From a bacterium (GTDB lineage: Bacteria > Chloroflexota > Limnocylindria > Limnocylindrales > Limnocylindraceae): a stretch of 49,476 nucleotides of DNA. Both the position numbers and the translations under genes were made by a program. Of the stretch, positions 38,142 through 49,136 are shown one piece after another. The stretch's first letter is position 1. Every line of letters starts with the position of its first letter. The DNA lies in contig JBAXWE010000003.1 of the NCBI GenBank assembly GCA_037128565.1, positions 1 to 49,476 of the forward strand, given 5' to 3'. Below the pieces are notes generated by a model. It made no database searches. It worked only from the letters and a program-made list of their open reading frames with translations, and was not told where the DNA came from.

Positions 38142-38978
38142 TTACGCCTGGAGGCTCCCTCCAAGCAGGGCGACCCGTATCGGACCCCCCTCGAAGCGTC
38201 GATCTGCGGGATCTGGTCGCACGAGCGTGATGGTCAGCCCATCCGCGTTGAGGCGCACCGTGGTGAGCCGTCCCACAAGGGGGAGGCGTCCCTCCGGGCG
38301 CCCAGCCACCCCAACGCGAGCCCGGTACTCCCCTGGGGGTGGGACCGCCGCCCCTTTGGGCTGAAGGCGCACCTGGTCCCCCTGAAGGGTGCCGACCAGG
38401 GCATACGGGCGGCCGAGGAGGCGCGCCGCCCCGGTGAGATCCCCGTCCGCGATGGCCTCCCTGATACGGGTACTTCGAATGGGGGCTCCCCCAGCGGTTG
38501 CCTCAGCCACTGGGTAGACCTGCAGCCCATGGGCGGCACCCCAGGCGCGGACGTTGGGCAGTGTCCCCTGGCGTCCCTGACCGAAGGCAGATTCTGGTGA
38601 GAGGACGATGCTCCTCGCCGCCGTCACCCCAACCAGACGCTCAGTGAAGCCCTCCCAGGGGGTGTCGCGCAACTGCGGCGTGAATGGGAGGTCGCACCAG
38701 AGGTCGACACCCGCCCCTGCCATTCGCAACTCAAGCTCACCCGCATCAAGGAGCTGTAGGGGGGTTACACCCCGAATCAGCTGGTCGGGGTGTGGGGTGA
38801 AGCCGATATGTACGCGCAGGAGTCCCGCTGCTCGGGCAAGTCGCTCAGCAGCGGCAAGCAGGCGCACATGTCCACGGTGCAGCCCATCAAACACCCCGAG
38901 TGTCAGCACTGATCCAAGCGGGGCATCCGCCGCGGCCATCTCCGCTGCTAACTCGTCCCATCCGAGTGCTCGCTTCAC
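38142..38978 (-). CDS. ribF: RibF-like FAD synthetase (FMN adenylyltransferase intact, riboflavin-kinase half degenerate)
   Basis: LGVFDGLHRGH, FTPHP, FGQGRQG, IRSTRIR...LLGRPY, in truB-ribF-rpsO order. The C-terminal kinase motifs are absent. Confidence 0.8.
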   Translation of the reverse strand: MKRALGWDELAAEMAAADAPLGSVLTLGVFDGLHRGHVRLLAAAERLARAAGLLRVHIGFTPHPDQLIRGVTPLQLLDAGELELRMAGAGVDLWCDLPFTPQLRDTPWEGFTERLVGVTAARSIVLSPESAFGQGRQGTLPNVRAWGAAHGLQVYPVAEATAGGAPIRSTRIREAIADGDLTGAARLLGRPYALVGTLQGDQVRLQPKGAAVPPPGEYRARVGVAGRPEGRLPLVGRLTTVRLNADGLTITLVRPDPADRRFEGGPIRVALLGGSLQA

Positions 38979-39937
38979 AGGCGTTGCCCGACAAGTGCGT
39001 TCGATTCGATGAAGACGCGTTCAGGTTGCGCGCCAAATGCGGTGCGACGACCGAACGCAGCGATGGCGCCATGCACGTGCAGCCGCAGAGGGCTCCCCTC
39101 TGTCGTCTCCTGGCCGGCACTGTCCAGCATGCTCACAGGGAGTGCGATGCCATCACGCAGCAGCGCCGCGCCCTTTTCGCCGACTTCCGTTGCGGCGATG
39201 TGATCAAGCCCAGCGTCCAGCGGCAACAGTAGGTTGCGCAGTTCACCCGCGAGTGCCGCGGCGGCGATCTGCTCCATGGTGTGCGCCTCCCCCACTGCAA
39301 AGACACCAGAACCCACGCGTCGCAGCGCAACGAGGTGCGCGCCACTCCCCGCATCGCGACCGAGGTCACGCGCGATGGCGCGAATGTAGGTGCCGGAGCT
39401 CACATCAAGCTTGGCGTGCATGAGCGGCTCTTCGGCATGTGAGCTGTCCCAGCCAAGTACGTCGAACCGCTTGATCTCAATCGGACGTGGCGCCAGCTCG
39501 ACCACCTCGCCCGCACGTGCCCGCTCATAGGCCCGTACGCCGTCTGTGCGCTTTGCGGAGTGCGACGGCGGCACCTGCTCAAGTGCGCCGCGAAAACGCG
39601 GCAACAGCGCCTCGATTGCCGCCCGAGAAGGTGGCGTCCCAGGAGCCCCCATGCGCTCGCCATCGAGATCATCGGTAGTGGTTGCGCCACCAAATGAGAA
39701 GGTCGCCTCGTACCGCTTCTCACCGCCAAGATGCATGCTCGCCAACCGCGTTGCGCGACCAAGAACCAGCACCAAGAGGCCTGTGGCAAATGGGTCAAGT
39801 GTGCCGCCGTGGCCGATGCGAGGCTGGCCCGCCATTCGGCGAATCTTGGCGACTATATCGTGACTAGTTGGACCATTCGGCTTATCAACGAGAAGGACCC
39901 CGTCAATGCCGGGCGTGCTCGGCCGTCGCCGCGCCAT
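38975..39937 (-). CDS. truB: tRNA pseudouridine(55) synthase
   Basis: DKPNGPTSHD, GHGGTLDPFATG, QVPPSHSAK, SSGTYIRAIARD. Confidence 0.97.
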   Translation of the reverse strand: MARRRPSTPGIDGVLLVDKPNGPTSHDIVAKIRRMAGQPRIGHGGTLDPFATGLLVLVLGRATRLASMHLGGEKRYEATFSFGGATTTDDLDGERMGAPGTPPSRAAIEALLPRFRGALEQVPPSHSAKRTDGVRAYERARAGEVVELAPRPIEIKRFDVLGWDSSHAEEPLMHAKLDVSSGTYIRAIARDLGRDAGSGAHLVALRRVGSGVFAVGEAHTMEQIAAAALAGELRNLLLPLDAGLDHIAATEVGEKGAALLRDGIALPVSMLDSAGQETTEGSPLRLHVHGAIAAFGRRTAFGAQPERVFIESNALVGQRL

Positions 39938-39941
39938 TCGC

Positions 39942-41009
39942 TCAGCCCACGACAGATTGCGCGCGAAGCTCCGCCACGCGCGCCAGCACCAGGGTGACCA
40001 CTTCGCTCACGGGGAGCTCGATCGTCGCGCCCGCGGCACGCGCATGACCGCCGCCGCCGAAAGAGCCAACGATGGCAGTGGCATCAGGACCCTCCCCCTT
40101 CGTGCGCACCGAGATGCGCGACGAGGTCGGGCCGTCCTCTTTAAAGAAGATTGCAACATCAGCTTCCGATACATGGGCCAATGAATCCACGATCCCTTCG
40201 CTCATCTCAAGCGTTGCACCAACTTCGGCCAGGTCCGCAAGCATCATTGTCGCAAACACCGTGTTGCCATGATCGGAGGTGTTCAAGCTTGCCAAGACGC
40301 GCGCGTGGAGCTGTACTTGCGCGAGCGGCTTCGAGCGATAGATCTTTCGTGAGATCTCGCTAATTGGTGCACCAGCGACCAGCAATAGCCCGCCCACTTC
40401 GAGTGTTCGTGCGGTCGTGTTGCCGTGCTGGAAGGTAGCCGTGTCCATGATCACACCCGCGGCGAGCGTTGCAGCAAGATCCCCTTGGTCCGCGGAGAGA
40501 TCAGCCTTGAGCGCGAGCGCAATCAGGCTGACCATTTCGCAGGTCGCCGCAGCATGGGCGTCAACCCAGGCGAGCGGCCAAGTCGAATCGTTGGAAACAT
40601 GGTGATCAATGAGGATGCGTGGCGTGGAGGCTGGCAGCGCATTGATCAGGTCACCAATACGGCCGGCTCGTTTAGGATCGGCGCAATCTACCAACACAAT
40701 GGCATCAGGCGACCAGTTGGGCGCCTCAAGGACAACATCGCCGATTGTTGGAATAACGTCATAGACCGCTGGCGGAGCGTCTGCGCTGATCACGGCGACC
40801 TCCGCGCCGAACTGGCCAAGGATCGCCTTGAGCCCGAGGGCCGCACCGAGAGCATCAGCATCGGGGCGTTCGTGTGGTACAACCCACAGCCTCGTTGCTG
40901 AACGAAGTGCCTCCAGCACGTTGGCAGGGACAGCAGCGAGCGCCGATGCCCGAAGTGTATCTGCACGCTGCAGGTACTCCGCTGCGTGCACGATCCCCTG
41001 CTCGCTCAT
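39942..41009 (-). CDS. nrnA: DHH/DHHA1 phosphoesterase (NrnA-like nanoRNase/pAp phosphatase)
   Basis: HERPDADALG, IDHH, DTATF, GGGGHARAAG; located between rbfA and truB. Confidence 0.9.
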   Translation of the reverse strand: MSEQGIVHAAEYLQRADTLRASALAAVPANVLEALRSATRLWVVPHERPDADALGAALGLKAILGQFGAEVAVISADAPPAVYDVIPTIGDVVLEAPNWSPDAIVLVDCADPKRAGRIGDLINALPASTPRILIDHHVSNDSTWPLAWVDAHAAATCEMVSLIALALKADLSADQGDLAATLAAGVIMDTATFQHGNTTARTLEVGGLLLVAGAPISEISRKIYRSKPLAQVQLHARVLASLNTSDHGNTVFATMMLADLAEVGATLEMSEGIVDSLAHVSEADVAIFFKEDGPTSSRISVRTKGEGPDATAIVGSFGGGGHARAAGATIELPVSEVVTLVLARVAELRAQSVVG

Positions 41010-41428
41010 TTCTTACCCCTTCGGCTTTTCTCTTCAACCCCTGTGCGTGTTGGGGCTGGAAGTGGCGAGAGTGTCTCTGGCGGTAGGCCACCATCGGCAA
41101 TGCTCCCCAGGAGCTGCTGAATGCGTGCGCCGCGATCGCCCGCCTCATCAAGCTCGAAGTGCAGGTCGGGAACGCGCCGGATGCGCAGCCCCTTGCCGAT
41201 CACGGTGCGCAGGTGCGATGCGGCACTCTTGAGTGCAGCAAGTGAGGCAACTCGCTGCTCTTCACTACCGATCGTGCTGACAAATACCTTGGCGTGCCGC
41301 AGATCCGGTGACGTAGAGACGGAGGTGACGGTCACAAAGCCGAGCCGTGGATCGCTGAGAGATCGTCCGATATGGGCACTGATCTCTTCTCGAAGCAACT
41401 CGTCGACACGGGGCATCCGCTCAGACAT
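41006..41428 (-). CDS. rbfA: Ribosome-binding factor A
   Basis: DPRLGFVTVT, SPDLRHAKVFVS, RRVPDLHF. Confidence 0.96.
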   Translation of the reverse strand: MSERMPRVDELLREEISAHIGRSLSDPRLGFVTVTSVSTSPDLRHAKVFVSTIGSEEQRVASLAALKSAASHLRTVIGKGLRIRRVPDLHFELDEAGDRGARIQQLLGSIADGGLPPETLSPLPAPTRTGVEEKSRRGKK

Positions 41429-41430
41429 GC

Positions 41431-43302
41431 TTAGAGGGTCCGCCTCGTTGACTTCTCGCCGATGATCTCCAAGATGTCGCCCTCAAGTACGGTGACCGAT
41501 GCTCCAAGGCCGATGCCGCACTCCTGGCCCTCTTTCACCTCGCGGACGTCATCACGGAAGCGACGCAGCGATTCAATGACATCTGTTGCAACGAGGTTTC
41601 CGCCGCGCATGACGCGCACCTTCGCACCGCGCGTAACTCGGCCTTCTCGAATGATGGAGCCGGCGATAACAAAGCCTTTCCCAGGGAAGAGCTGCTTCAC
41701 CTCGGCACGCCCCTCAACAACCTCTGACTTCTCAGGGTCGAGCATCCCCTCAAGCGCAGCCTTCATATCGTCAGCGAGCTCGTAGATGATCTCGTAGAGG
41801 CGCACGTCAACCTTGTTCGTTTCGGCCATGCGGCGCGCACCTGGAGTGAGTGTCGTGGTGAAGCCGAGCACGATCGCATCAGATGCTGAGGCGAGCAGGA
41901 TGTCGTTCTCGGTGACCTCTCCTGCGGCTGAGAGGAGCACGTTGATGCGCACCTCATCGCTCTGCATCTTTTCGAGCTGATGCTCGATGGCGCCGAGTGA
42001 TCCGGCTACATCGGACTTCAGAATGACGCGCACCTCTTTGCCCGCCCCAGACTGAATGCGCTTGTAGAGGTCCTCCATCGTGGCGTGGCCGCTATCGCGC
42101 CCAGCGCTCGTAGCGTCAGCGGCGGCCTCAGACCAGGCGCGGGCCTCCTTCTCGTCTGCCGCAATACGGAAGATCTCGCCGCTAACGGGCACCTCGGGGA
42201 GACCTGAGACAACGACGGCTGTGGAGGGGCCGGCCACCTTGATTCGGCCCCCATCGGTCGACTCAAGCGAGCGGACCTTTCCTGAGATGGCGCCGACGAC
42301 CATATGGTCACCAACGCGGAGAGTTCCCGTCTGCACGATCACAGTGGCGATTGGGCCGCGACCCTTGTCGCGTTGGGCCTCAATAACCGTGCCCACCGCG
42401 AGTCGCGCAGCGTCAGCCTTGTAGTCACCGAGATCGGCGACGAGGAGGACCATGTCGAGGAGATCGTCGAGGCCGGTGCCCGTTCGAGCCGACACCGCGA
42501 CGAGCGGCACATCGCCACCGTAGTCCTCGATCACAACGTTTGATTCCGCGAGCTCCGTCTTCACGCGATCTGGGTTTGCATCTGGCTTGTCGATCTTGTT
42601 GAGCGCAATGATGATCGGCACATTTGCTGCACGAGCATGGCTGATCGCCTCTTTTGTCTGCGGCATCACACCGTCATCAGCGGCGACAACGACGATGGCG
42701 ATATCTGTCACTCGCGCACCGCGTGCTCGCATCGCTGTAAAGGCTTCGTGTCCAGGGGTGTCGAGGAAGAGGATGGAGCGGTCGCCACGCTGTACCTGGC
42801 TGGCGCCAAGGTGCTGGGTAATGCCGCCACGCTCGCCCTCCGCAACGCTGGTCTTGCGCAGTGCATCGAGCAGGCTCGTCTTACCGTGGTCAACGTGACC
42901 CATGACGGTAACGATGGGGGCGCGCGAGATCAGCGCGGCGCCTGGGGCTTCGCTAAAGAATTCCGTCTTCGCTGCAGCTGGCACGGCCTCAGGGGTCGCC
43001 TCTGGCGTCGCCTCATCTTCGTCAGGCTCCGGCTCCTTGACGGTGAAACCGAGCTCAGTCGCAATGAGGGAGGCTGTCTCGCGATCAATGCCCTGGTTCA
43101 TGGTGGCAAAGACGCCGCTCCGAATCAGTGGATTGATGATGTCTGCGGGGTTTACCTTGAGCAGCGTTGCAAGATCGCCGACGACGATGGAGGCGGGCAA
43201 CTCGAGGATGCCGTCATGCACCTGCGCAACACGTGCTGGCTTCGGCTCCGGTGGCAAGCGATCGGGGCGCGGTGGACGGATGCTCTTACGCTGCTTCGTC
43301 AT
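41431..43302 (-). CDS. infB: Translation initiation factor IF-2 (short N-terminus)
   Basis: [43 protein letters not shown]...ECGI. Confidence 0.98.
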   Translation of the reverse strand: MTKQRKSIRPPRPDRLPPEPKPARVAQVHDGILELPASIVVGDLATLLKVNPADIINPLIRSGVFATMNQGIDRETASLIATELGFTVKEPEPDEDEATPEATPEAVPAAAKTEFFSEAPGAALISRAPIVTVMGHVDHGKTSLLDALRKTSVAEGERGGITQHLGASQVQRGDRSILFLDTPGHEAFTAMRARGARVTDIAIVVVAADDGVMPQTKEAISHARAANVPIIIALNKIDKPDANPDRVKTELAESNVVIEDYGGDVPLVAVSARTGTGLDDLLDMVLLVADLGDYKADAARLAVGTVIEAQRDKGRGPIATVIVQTGTLRVGDHMVVGAISGKVRSLESTDGGRIKVAGPSTAVVVSGLPEVPVSGEIFRIAADEKEARAWSEAAADATSAGRDSGHATMEDLYKRIQSGAGKEVRVILKSDVAGSLGAIEHQLEKMQSDEVRINVLLSAAGEVTENDILLASASDAIVLGFTTTLTPGARRMAETNKVDVRLYEIIYELADDMKAALEGMLDPEKSEVVEGRAEVKQLFPGKGFVIAGSIIREGRVTRGAKVRVMRGGNLVATDVIESLRRFRDDVREVKEGQECGIGLGASVTVLEGDILEIIGEKSTRRTL

Positions 43303-43305
43303 CTG

Positions 43306-43587
43306 CTACCCCCTTCCGTCTCGTTGGCTTCGTCGCTCAATCAGAATCTGTTCAATCTCTGTGGCCGCGATGCAACCTCGTAACCCTCGTCGTAGCCCAT
43401 CAGCAATGAGTAGGTCGTGCGCTTCGTCGCCGCTCTGGCAGATCCAGGCACCTCTACCGCCAACAGCGCCCGCTTGTGCGCCTTCGCTTGCGGAAGTTCC
43501 GTACCGCACAAGCATCTCCGTCGGTTGTGTCGACCGACAGGCTACGCAGGTGCGCGCACGAGCAGCGGGCGTCTTAGGCCTCCTCAC
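43306..43587 (-). CDS. ylxR: YlxR/RnpM (DUF448) family RNA-binding protein
   Basis: RTCVACR and GRGAWIC, between nusA and infB. The start is uncertain (GTG 43587 or ATG 43599). Confidence 0.78.
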   Translation of the reverse strand: MRRPKTPAARARTCVACRSTQPTEMLVRYGTSASEGAQAGAVGGRGAWICQSGDEAHDLLIADGLRRGLRGCIAATEIEQILIERRSQRDGRG

Positions 43588-44644
43588 CCACTGGGGCATC
43601 TGCTGGTGCCTCAGCAGCTCCGGATCCATCACTGGCAATGTCGATGCGGAATCCGGTTAGTCGCGCTGCTAGGCGTGCGTTCTGCCCGCCAGCACCGATC
43701 GCCAGCGAGAGTGCGCGCTCGGGAACCACCACGGTTGCCGATTTAGACGCTTCATCAACCGTGACCGAAACGACTGGTGCTGGTGAGAGGGCTCGCCCAA
43801 TCGCTTCAGCTGCATCGTCGGTGTGCGCAATGATGTCGATCTTCTCGCCGCCAAGGTCCTCTACAACAGCTTGCACGCGTGCGCCACGCTGGCCCACAAC
43901 TGCGCCGACCGGGTCGAGACCAACCTGCTTCGTTGCAACAACAATCTTGGTGCGGCTCCCTGGCTCGCGAGCGATTGCAGTGATATCCACCGTGCCCGCT
44001 GTCAATTCAGGTACCTCGAGCTCAAAGAGCTTCTTGACGAAGTTCTTATGAGTACGAGTTAGAAGAATCTCAGGGCCTCGAATAGTTGTTCGCACCTCGA
44101 GCAAGAGCGCCTTAACGTTTTCGCCGATGCGGAAGGTGTCGAGTGGCGACTGCTCAGTTGCAGGTAAATATGCCTCCGCCTTCCCCACGTCCAAGACGAG
44201 GTTGCGGCGATCAACACGCATCACAACGCCGGTGAGGATCTCGCCAGTGCGCTCAGCAAACGATTGCATGGTGAGGTCGCGCTGGATCTGGATGAGGCGC
44301 TGCTGGAGTGCCTGACGAGCCTGGGCGGCAACGATGCGACCCATCTCCGCATCCATCTCCTCGAGCTCAATGAGGTCGCCAACGACCGCGCCTGGCTTAG
44401 ATGCCGCGGCTTCTGCTGGTGTCCACTCCGCCCCTGGGACGAGCACCTCGTCGACGACTCGACGGGCCCTGAAGACCCGCATTGCCCCTGATTCAGGATC
44501 AAGGCGCACGTGGATGTCGGCTGATGCATGCCGACGATTCAGAGCAACCGCGTAGGATTCCTCTGCCGCCTGCAACACCGCAGCTCGATCAATACCGCGC
44601 TCAGCGCCTAACTGAATGAGGGCGCTCACAAGCTCTTTGCTCAC
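43574..44644 (-). CDS. nusA: Transcription termination/antitermination factor NusA
   Basis: S1 and KH domains (AREPGSRTKI, VGQRGARV, GEKIDII, LAIGAGGQNARLA). GTG 44644 follows SD GGAGG. Confidence 0.97.
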   Translation of the reverse strand: MSKELVSALIQLGAERGIDRAAVLQAAEESYAVALNRRHASADIHVRLDPESGAMRVFRARRVVDEVLVPGAEWTPAEAAASKPGAVVGDLIELEEMDAEMGRIVAAQARQALQQRLIQIQRDLTMQSFAERTGEILTGVVMRVDRRNLVLDVGKAEAYLPATEQSPLDTFRIGENVKALLLEVRTTIRGPEILLTRTHKNFVKKLFELEVPELTAGTVDITAIAREPGSRTKIVVATKQVGLDPVGAVVGQRGARVQAVVEDLGGEKIDIIAHTDDAAEAIGRALSPAPVVSVTVDEASKSATVVVPERALSLAIGAGGQNARLAARLTGFRIDIASDGSGAAEAPADAPVGEEA

Positions 44645-44677
44645 GTCACGCCTCCCTTCTGTGTTTGCGACCCCGAT

Positions 44678-44705
44678 AAAAAAGACGTGGGGGTCACCCA
44701 CGTCT
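44678..44705 (-). terminator. Intrinsic terminator/attenuator in the nusA leader
   Basis: AGACGTGGG-tgacc-CCCACGTCT followed by a T-run, between the promoter and the nusA SD. Confidence 0.75.
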
Positions 44706-44731
44706 CTCGTTCGGCGGCCGTTGTTACAACA

Positions 44732-44740
44732 ACTATACCA
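44732..44740 (-). promoter_or_regulatory. Extended -10 promoter TGgTATAGT for the nusA-infB operon
   Basis: Near-consensus TGnTATAnT about 90 nt upstream of nusA. Confidence 0.65.
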
Positions 44741-44817
44741 CGGACATCCGGACCCTCTTGGTTACGTCTTCGTGTGCCCTGCTAGGGCGCCCCAGGGCTG
44801 CGCAAAGACGGCGGGCG

Positions 44818-46086
44818 CTAGCTCTTTGGGTAGTGGGCCTCTACGTACCGCTCTAGGATCTCCAAGAATTCGGCCACAATCCTCTCCCCGCGGAGGGTGG
44901 TGAGTAGGGCGCCGTCCTGGAAGACGGGCGCAACTGGCTCCTCAAAGGTTCCCGGAAGGCTGATTCCGAGGTTCGCGTGCTTCGACTCACCTGGGCCGTT
45001 GACGACACAGCCCATCACCGCGACCTCAAGGTTCTCAACCCCAGGGTGAATTGGGCGCCACTCAGGCAAGCGTGCCTTCAGGTAACCCTGAATCTCTTGT
45101 GCCATCTCTTGGAAAAAGGTGCTCGTGGTGCGCCCACACCCCGGGCACGAGGTGACCTGCGGCGAGAATGCACGAAGGCCGAGCGACTGCAGGATCTGCT
45201 GCGCCACCTCAACCTCGAGCGCGCGGTCTGCACCTGGCTCAGGCGTCAATGAGACGCGAATCGTGTCGCCGATCCCCTGATTCAAGAGGTGCCCAAGGGC
45301 GGCGCTTGTGGCGACGATCCCCTTCATCCCCATCCCTGCTTCGGTGAGGCCAAGGTGCAGCGGGTAATCGCAGCGGCCCGCCAGCTCGGTGTACACGTCA
45401 AACAGGTCGCGCACGTTGGAAGTCTTGGCGGAGAGCAGGATGCGATCGTGCGGTAGACCCGTTGCTTCGGCGAGTTCTGCCGACTGCGTTGCAGAGCGCA
45501 CGATCGCTTCGATCGTCACCGCTCGTGCGCTAGCTGGAGTGGCCGCGGCGGCGTTCTCCTCCATCAGTCTGGTTAAGAGATCCTGGTCGAGCGATCCCCA
45601 GTTGACGCCAATACGCACCGGCTTGCCGTGATCAATCGCAACCTTCACGATCGTCTGGAAATTCTCATCGCGGTGCTTGCTTCCAACATTGCCAGGATTG
45701 ATCCGATACTTTGCCAACAACGCAGCTGCCTTCGGGTGAGCGGCGAGGAGCTTATGGCCGTTGTAGTGAAAGTCGCCCACGATCGGCGTCATAAGGCCAT
45801 CATCTGCCAGCCGCTGCACGATCTCAGGGATTGCCGCCGCAGCCGCGTCGTTGTTGACGGTGACGCGCACCAGCTGACTACCGGCCCGTGCGAGGTGAGC
45901 GACCTGCGCGGCGGTGCCTGCCGCGTCGGCGGTGTCAGTGTTCGTCATTGATTGCACGACGATCGGATGCGCAGAGCCGACCAGCACCCCGCCTACGGAG
46001 ACGCTCGGCGTCGAGCGACGAACGGGGCGCAGTTGATCTGGGCTGTCGGCTGCAGGGCGAGCGACGACGTTTAGCTCGCGACTCAT
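44818..46086 (-). CDS. ispG: HMB-PP synthase IspG
   Basis: [54 protein letters not shown]. Confidence 0.97.
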   Translation of the reverse strand: MSRELNVVARPAADSPDQLRPVRRSTPSVSVGGVLVGSAHPIVVQSMTNTDTADAAGTAAQVAHLARAGSQLVRVTVNNDAAAAAIPEIVQRLADDGLMTPIVGDFHYNGHKLLAAHPKAAALLAKYRINPGNVGSKHRDENFQTIVKVAIDHGKPVRIGVNWGSLDQDLLTRLMEENAAAATPASARAVTIEAIVRSATQSAELAEATGLPHDRILLSAKTSNVRDLFDVYTELAGRCDYPLHLGLTEAGMGMKGIVATSAALGHLLNQGIGDTIRVSLTPEPGADRALEVEVAQQILQSLGLRAFSPQVTSCPGCGRTTSTFFQEMAQEIQGYLKARLPEWRPIHPGVENLEVAVMGCVVNGPGESKHANLGISLPGTFEEPVAPVFQDGALLTTLRGERIVAEFLEILERYVEAHYPKS

Positions 46087-47165
46087 CGCTGCACCCCGAA
46101 GAGATTGAGGATATCTCCGAGAGAGATCCAGGCGAAGAGGGCGAACATCAGGACAGCGCCTGCGGTGACAAGCCCTCGTTCTACCCGGCGACCACGCACC
46201 TCACCGAGCAGTCGTCGGAGGAAGAGTGCAGCGACGCGGCCACCATCAAGTGGCGGAATCGGCAGCAGATTTAACACGGCGAGATTTGCTGAGAGAAGGG
46301 CGGCGATATGCAGGAGGCCCACAAAGCCAAGCTGGCCGGCGGCCGCTGAGACACCGACGGCAATACCGATCGGTCCAGCGACGGAGCTTGAGCCGTCAGC
46401 GGGTCGGAATGGCGATGTGATAAAGCTGCCTAATGCACCGAGAATTGAGGTGCCGGCATCCCAGGTACGTGTGACGGCTAGCCCCATGGCATCAACGATC
46501 GGGCGTGAGAGCGGCCCTGCGCTATCAATAGATGCAATCTTGACGCCCATATACCCCTGCCCAGCCGCCTCAGCAGCGGTGCGCAGCGCAATGGAAACAT
46601 CGCGTGCTGTTTGGCCAGGAGTTACCACCGTTACGCGCACAGTCTCCCCTGCCCGCCCTGGAAGGCTCTGCAGCGGTGAATCGAAGCGGTCGAACGTTTC
46701 GCCCTCGAGCCCCATGATGCGGTCACCTGGCAACAGGCCAGCGGCGGCCGCTGGGGAGCCTGGCTGCACATCTTCGAGCAGGATGCTCGAGCGTTCAGCA
46801 AGCGGACCCGCAAGGAGGAACATCAGTAGAAAGGCGACGACAACGTTCATTGCCACCCCTGCCACCATCACCAGCACCTTTGAGGTTAGCGTCGCTCGTT
46901 CCCAACCTGCAGGGTCGGTATCACCCTCCTCACTGCCCGCCATGCGCACAAATCCACCAAGCGGGAGGGCATTGATGGTGAGTTCCGTGCGCCGACCGCG
47001 GAACAGCGTGAAGAGGCGTGGTGGGAACCCGATGCCAAACTCAGGAACGTCGATCCCGCGGAGCCGCGCAGCAACAAGATGTCCCAGCTCGTGCACCACG
47101 ATGAGCGGCACAACGAGGAGTACGAATACCAGCACCGGTCCGGCGATGCCGGTCAGCATCTCCAT
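46083..47165 (-). CDS. rseP: RIP metalloprotease RseP (M50, PDZ)
   Basis: [16 protein letters not shown] ([10 protein letters not shown]), [11 protein letters not shown]. Start at the TGATG overlap with dxr. Confidence 0.94.
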   Translation of the reverse strand: MEMLTGIAGPVLVFVLLVVPLIVVHELGHLVAARLRGIDVPEFGIGFPPRLFTLFRGRRTELTINALPLGGFVRMAGSEEGDTDPAGWERATLTSKVLVMVAGVAMNVVVAFLLMFLLAGPLAERSSILLEDVQPGSPAAAAGLLPGDRIMGLEGETFDRFDSPLQSLPGRAGETVRVTVVTPGQTARDVSIALRTAAEAAGQGYMGVKIASIDSAGPLSRPIVDAMGLAVTRTWDAGTSILGALGSFITSPFRPADGSSSVAGPIGIAVGVSAAAGQLGFVGLLHIAALLSANLAVLNLLPIPPLDGGRVAALFLRRLLGEVRGRRVERGLVTAGAVLMFALFAWISLGDILNLFGVQR

Positions 47166-48292
47166 CAGGCGGCCCCACTCCATCGCTCTGCGAACTGCGT
47201 CACCTCTTCATGCAGCGCGATCACTCCATCGACGTTCGCTGGGGCGGGGCGAACCCCAAACCGCTCCACCGCATCGCGAAGGAGTTGAGGAATGACACCC
47301 AGTGCGAACTCCCCGGCCAGAAAGCGAGTGACGGCGACACCGTCGGAAGCGATGAGCGCACCTGGAGCGGCACCGCCGGCTCGACCGGCCTCCAAGGCGA
47401 TCGCTAGTCCTGGGAAGCGGACGAGATCTGGCGCGCTGAACGTGAGTGATCCATGCGCTACGAGATCCACGTTCGGGATTGTTGATGCCATACGCATAGG
47501 ATAGCCGAGGGCATAACCGATCGGCCCGCGCATATCTGGGCTCCCCATCTGCGCCTTCGTTGATCCGTCAACGAACTCCACGAGGCCATGCACGACGCTC
47601 TGCGGGTGCACCACGATCTTGATCTGCGACATGGGCACGGCGAAGAGTCGGTGTGCCTCGATCGCCTCAAGGCCCTTGTTTACGAGCGTCGCTGAATCAA
47701 TGGTGATCTTCGCCCCCATGCTCCAGGTTGGGTGCTTGAGCGCCGTCGCGGGCGTTGCGGCGGCAATCTCGGCCGCGGTTGATTCGCGAAAGGGTCCGCC
47801 ACTTGCCGTCAGCCAGAGCGATCGAACGCGGTCGAGCGATTCGCCAACGAGGCACTGCCAAAGCGCCGAGTGTTCTGAGTCGACCGGGCGAAGGCGCTCT
47901 AGGATGCTGCTCCCCTTGCGCTCCGCAGCTGCACGGGCGGCACGCATCACCACATCACCGCCAGCGACGATCGTCTCCTTATTCGCAATGGCTACCGCCA
48001 CGCCCGATTCTAGGGCCGCCACGGTTGCAGCGAGGCCAACAACTCCGGTTGTAGCTATCAACGCGATGTCGGGCGCGGTATCAAGGACGATCGCGCGCAG
48101 ATCATCAGCACTCCCGCCAATGAGGCTGCGCGCCTGCGGGTTGGCCGTAGCCAGAGCATCATGCTGTGCGCCACCGCGACCTGATGCAAGGGCAACGATT
48201 TCAAACTTATCGGAGTGCTGCGCAATAACATCGGCAGCTTGTACGCCAATCGAGCCGCTCGCGCCAAGCAAGGCGACGCGGATACGGCTCAC
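47165..48292 (-). CDS. dxr: 1-deoxy-D-xylulose-5-phosphate reductoisomerase
   Basis: LGASGSIG, ANKET, PVDSEHSA, TASGGPF, HPTWSMGAKITIDSATLVNKGLE. Confidence 0.97.
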   Translation of the reverse strand: MSRIRVALLGASGSIGVQAADVIAQHSDKFEIVALASGRGGAQHDALATANPQARSLIGGSADDLRAIVLDTAPDIALIATTGVVGLAATVAALESGVAVAIANKETIVAGGDVVMRAARAAAERKGSSILERLRPVDSEHSALWQCLVGESLDRVRSLWLTASGGPFRESTAAEIAAATPATALKHPTWSMGAKITIDSATLVNKGLEAIEAHRLFAVPMSQIKIVVHPQSVVHGLVEFVDGSTKAQMGSPDMRGPIGYALGYPMRMASTIPNVDLVAHGSLTFSAPDLVRFPGLAIALEAGRAGGAAPGALIASDGVAVTRFLAGEFALGVIPQLLRDAVERFGVRPAPANVDGVIALHEEVTQFAERWSGAA

Positions 48293-48293
48293 C

Positions 48294-49136
48294 CTAGCCT
48301 CGCAGGATGAGTGCAGCGATAAGCGTTACGGGCGCCGCGAGCAGAAGGCTATCGATGCGATCGAGGACGCCACCATGACCAGGGATCAGGTTAGATGCGC
48401 TCTCGGCACCAGCAACGCGTTTAAAGAGCGACTCAAGGAGGTCACCCGCTTCAGCCGCAGTGGCAATAACCAAACCCCAGACGAGCCCCCAGAGCGGGCG
48501 CACTTCTTCAGGGGTGCCGAGTGTGAAGAGCGGCCCCGCGATCAGCGCACCAACGAGACCCGCAACAAGAATGCCGCCGATAAAGCCCTCGAGGCTTTTA
48601 CGGGGCGAAAGGACCGGAGCTAACTTGTGCCGACCAATGGTGCGCCCAACGAGGTACGCGGCGCTATCTGCTGTCCAAACGATCGCCAACAGCCACAGAA
48701 TCCAGCGTGCCGGTGCACCTCGATCAAGCGGATCTAGTGATGCAAGTAGTGGGAGCAGTGTGAGTGGACTCAGCCAGATAACGGCCGCCATCGTTCCAAG
48801 AAGATGTCGCAGCTCAGGCTCTAGACCTTTCGCTGTCACCCGAATCGATTGGCGAACAACCGAACCAACGAAGATCAACAATGCCGAAATTGTAAGCACC
48901 GCACCAAGGGCCGGCGAGATGGCGGCGAAGAGCGGGCTAACTAAGATGACGGTGATCCAGAGCGCGGACGCCCCGCCGATCACCTTAGTGAGGATTCGAG
49001 CTGCCTCACGTGCTGCAAGGGCGATCAGCAGAACGGTTACTGCGAGTGTGCCTGCTGGTGGGAAGAGCGCAACGGCGGCTACTGGAAGGATCAGGAGCGA
49101 GCCGATCGCCCGCTGCGTCAGCGCTCCGCTACTCAT
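48294..49136 (-). CDS. cdsA: Phosphatidate cytidylyltransferase
   Basis: [38 protein letters not shown]. Confidence 0.95.
   Translation of the reverse strand: MSSGALTQRAIGSLLILPVAAVALFPPAGTLAVTVLLIALAAREAARILTKVIGGASALWITVILVSPLFAAISPALGAVLTISALLIFVGSVVRQSIRVTAKGLEPELRHLLGTMAAVIWLSPLTLLPLLASLDPLDRGAPARWILWLLAIVWTADSAAYLVGRTIGRHKLAPVLSPRKSLEGFIGGILVAGLVGALIAGPLFTLGTPEEVRPLWGLVWGLVIATAAEAGDLLESLFKRVAGAESASNLIPGHGGVLDRIDSLLLAAPVTLIAALILRG

Noticed and set aside
46105-47295. Long antisense ORFs (e.g. 46105-47295, 36651-37610, 47619-48623, 1061-1846)
   Set aside because: They are shadow frames of real genes in high-GC DNA, with low-complexity Arg/Ser/Ala/Pro content and no motifs.
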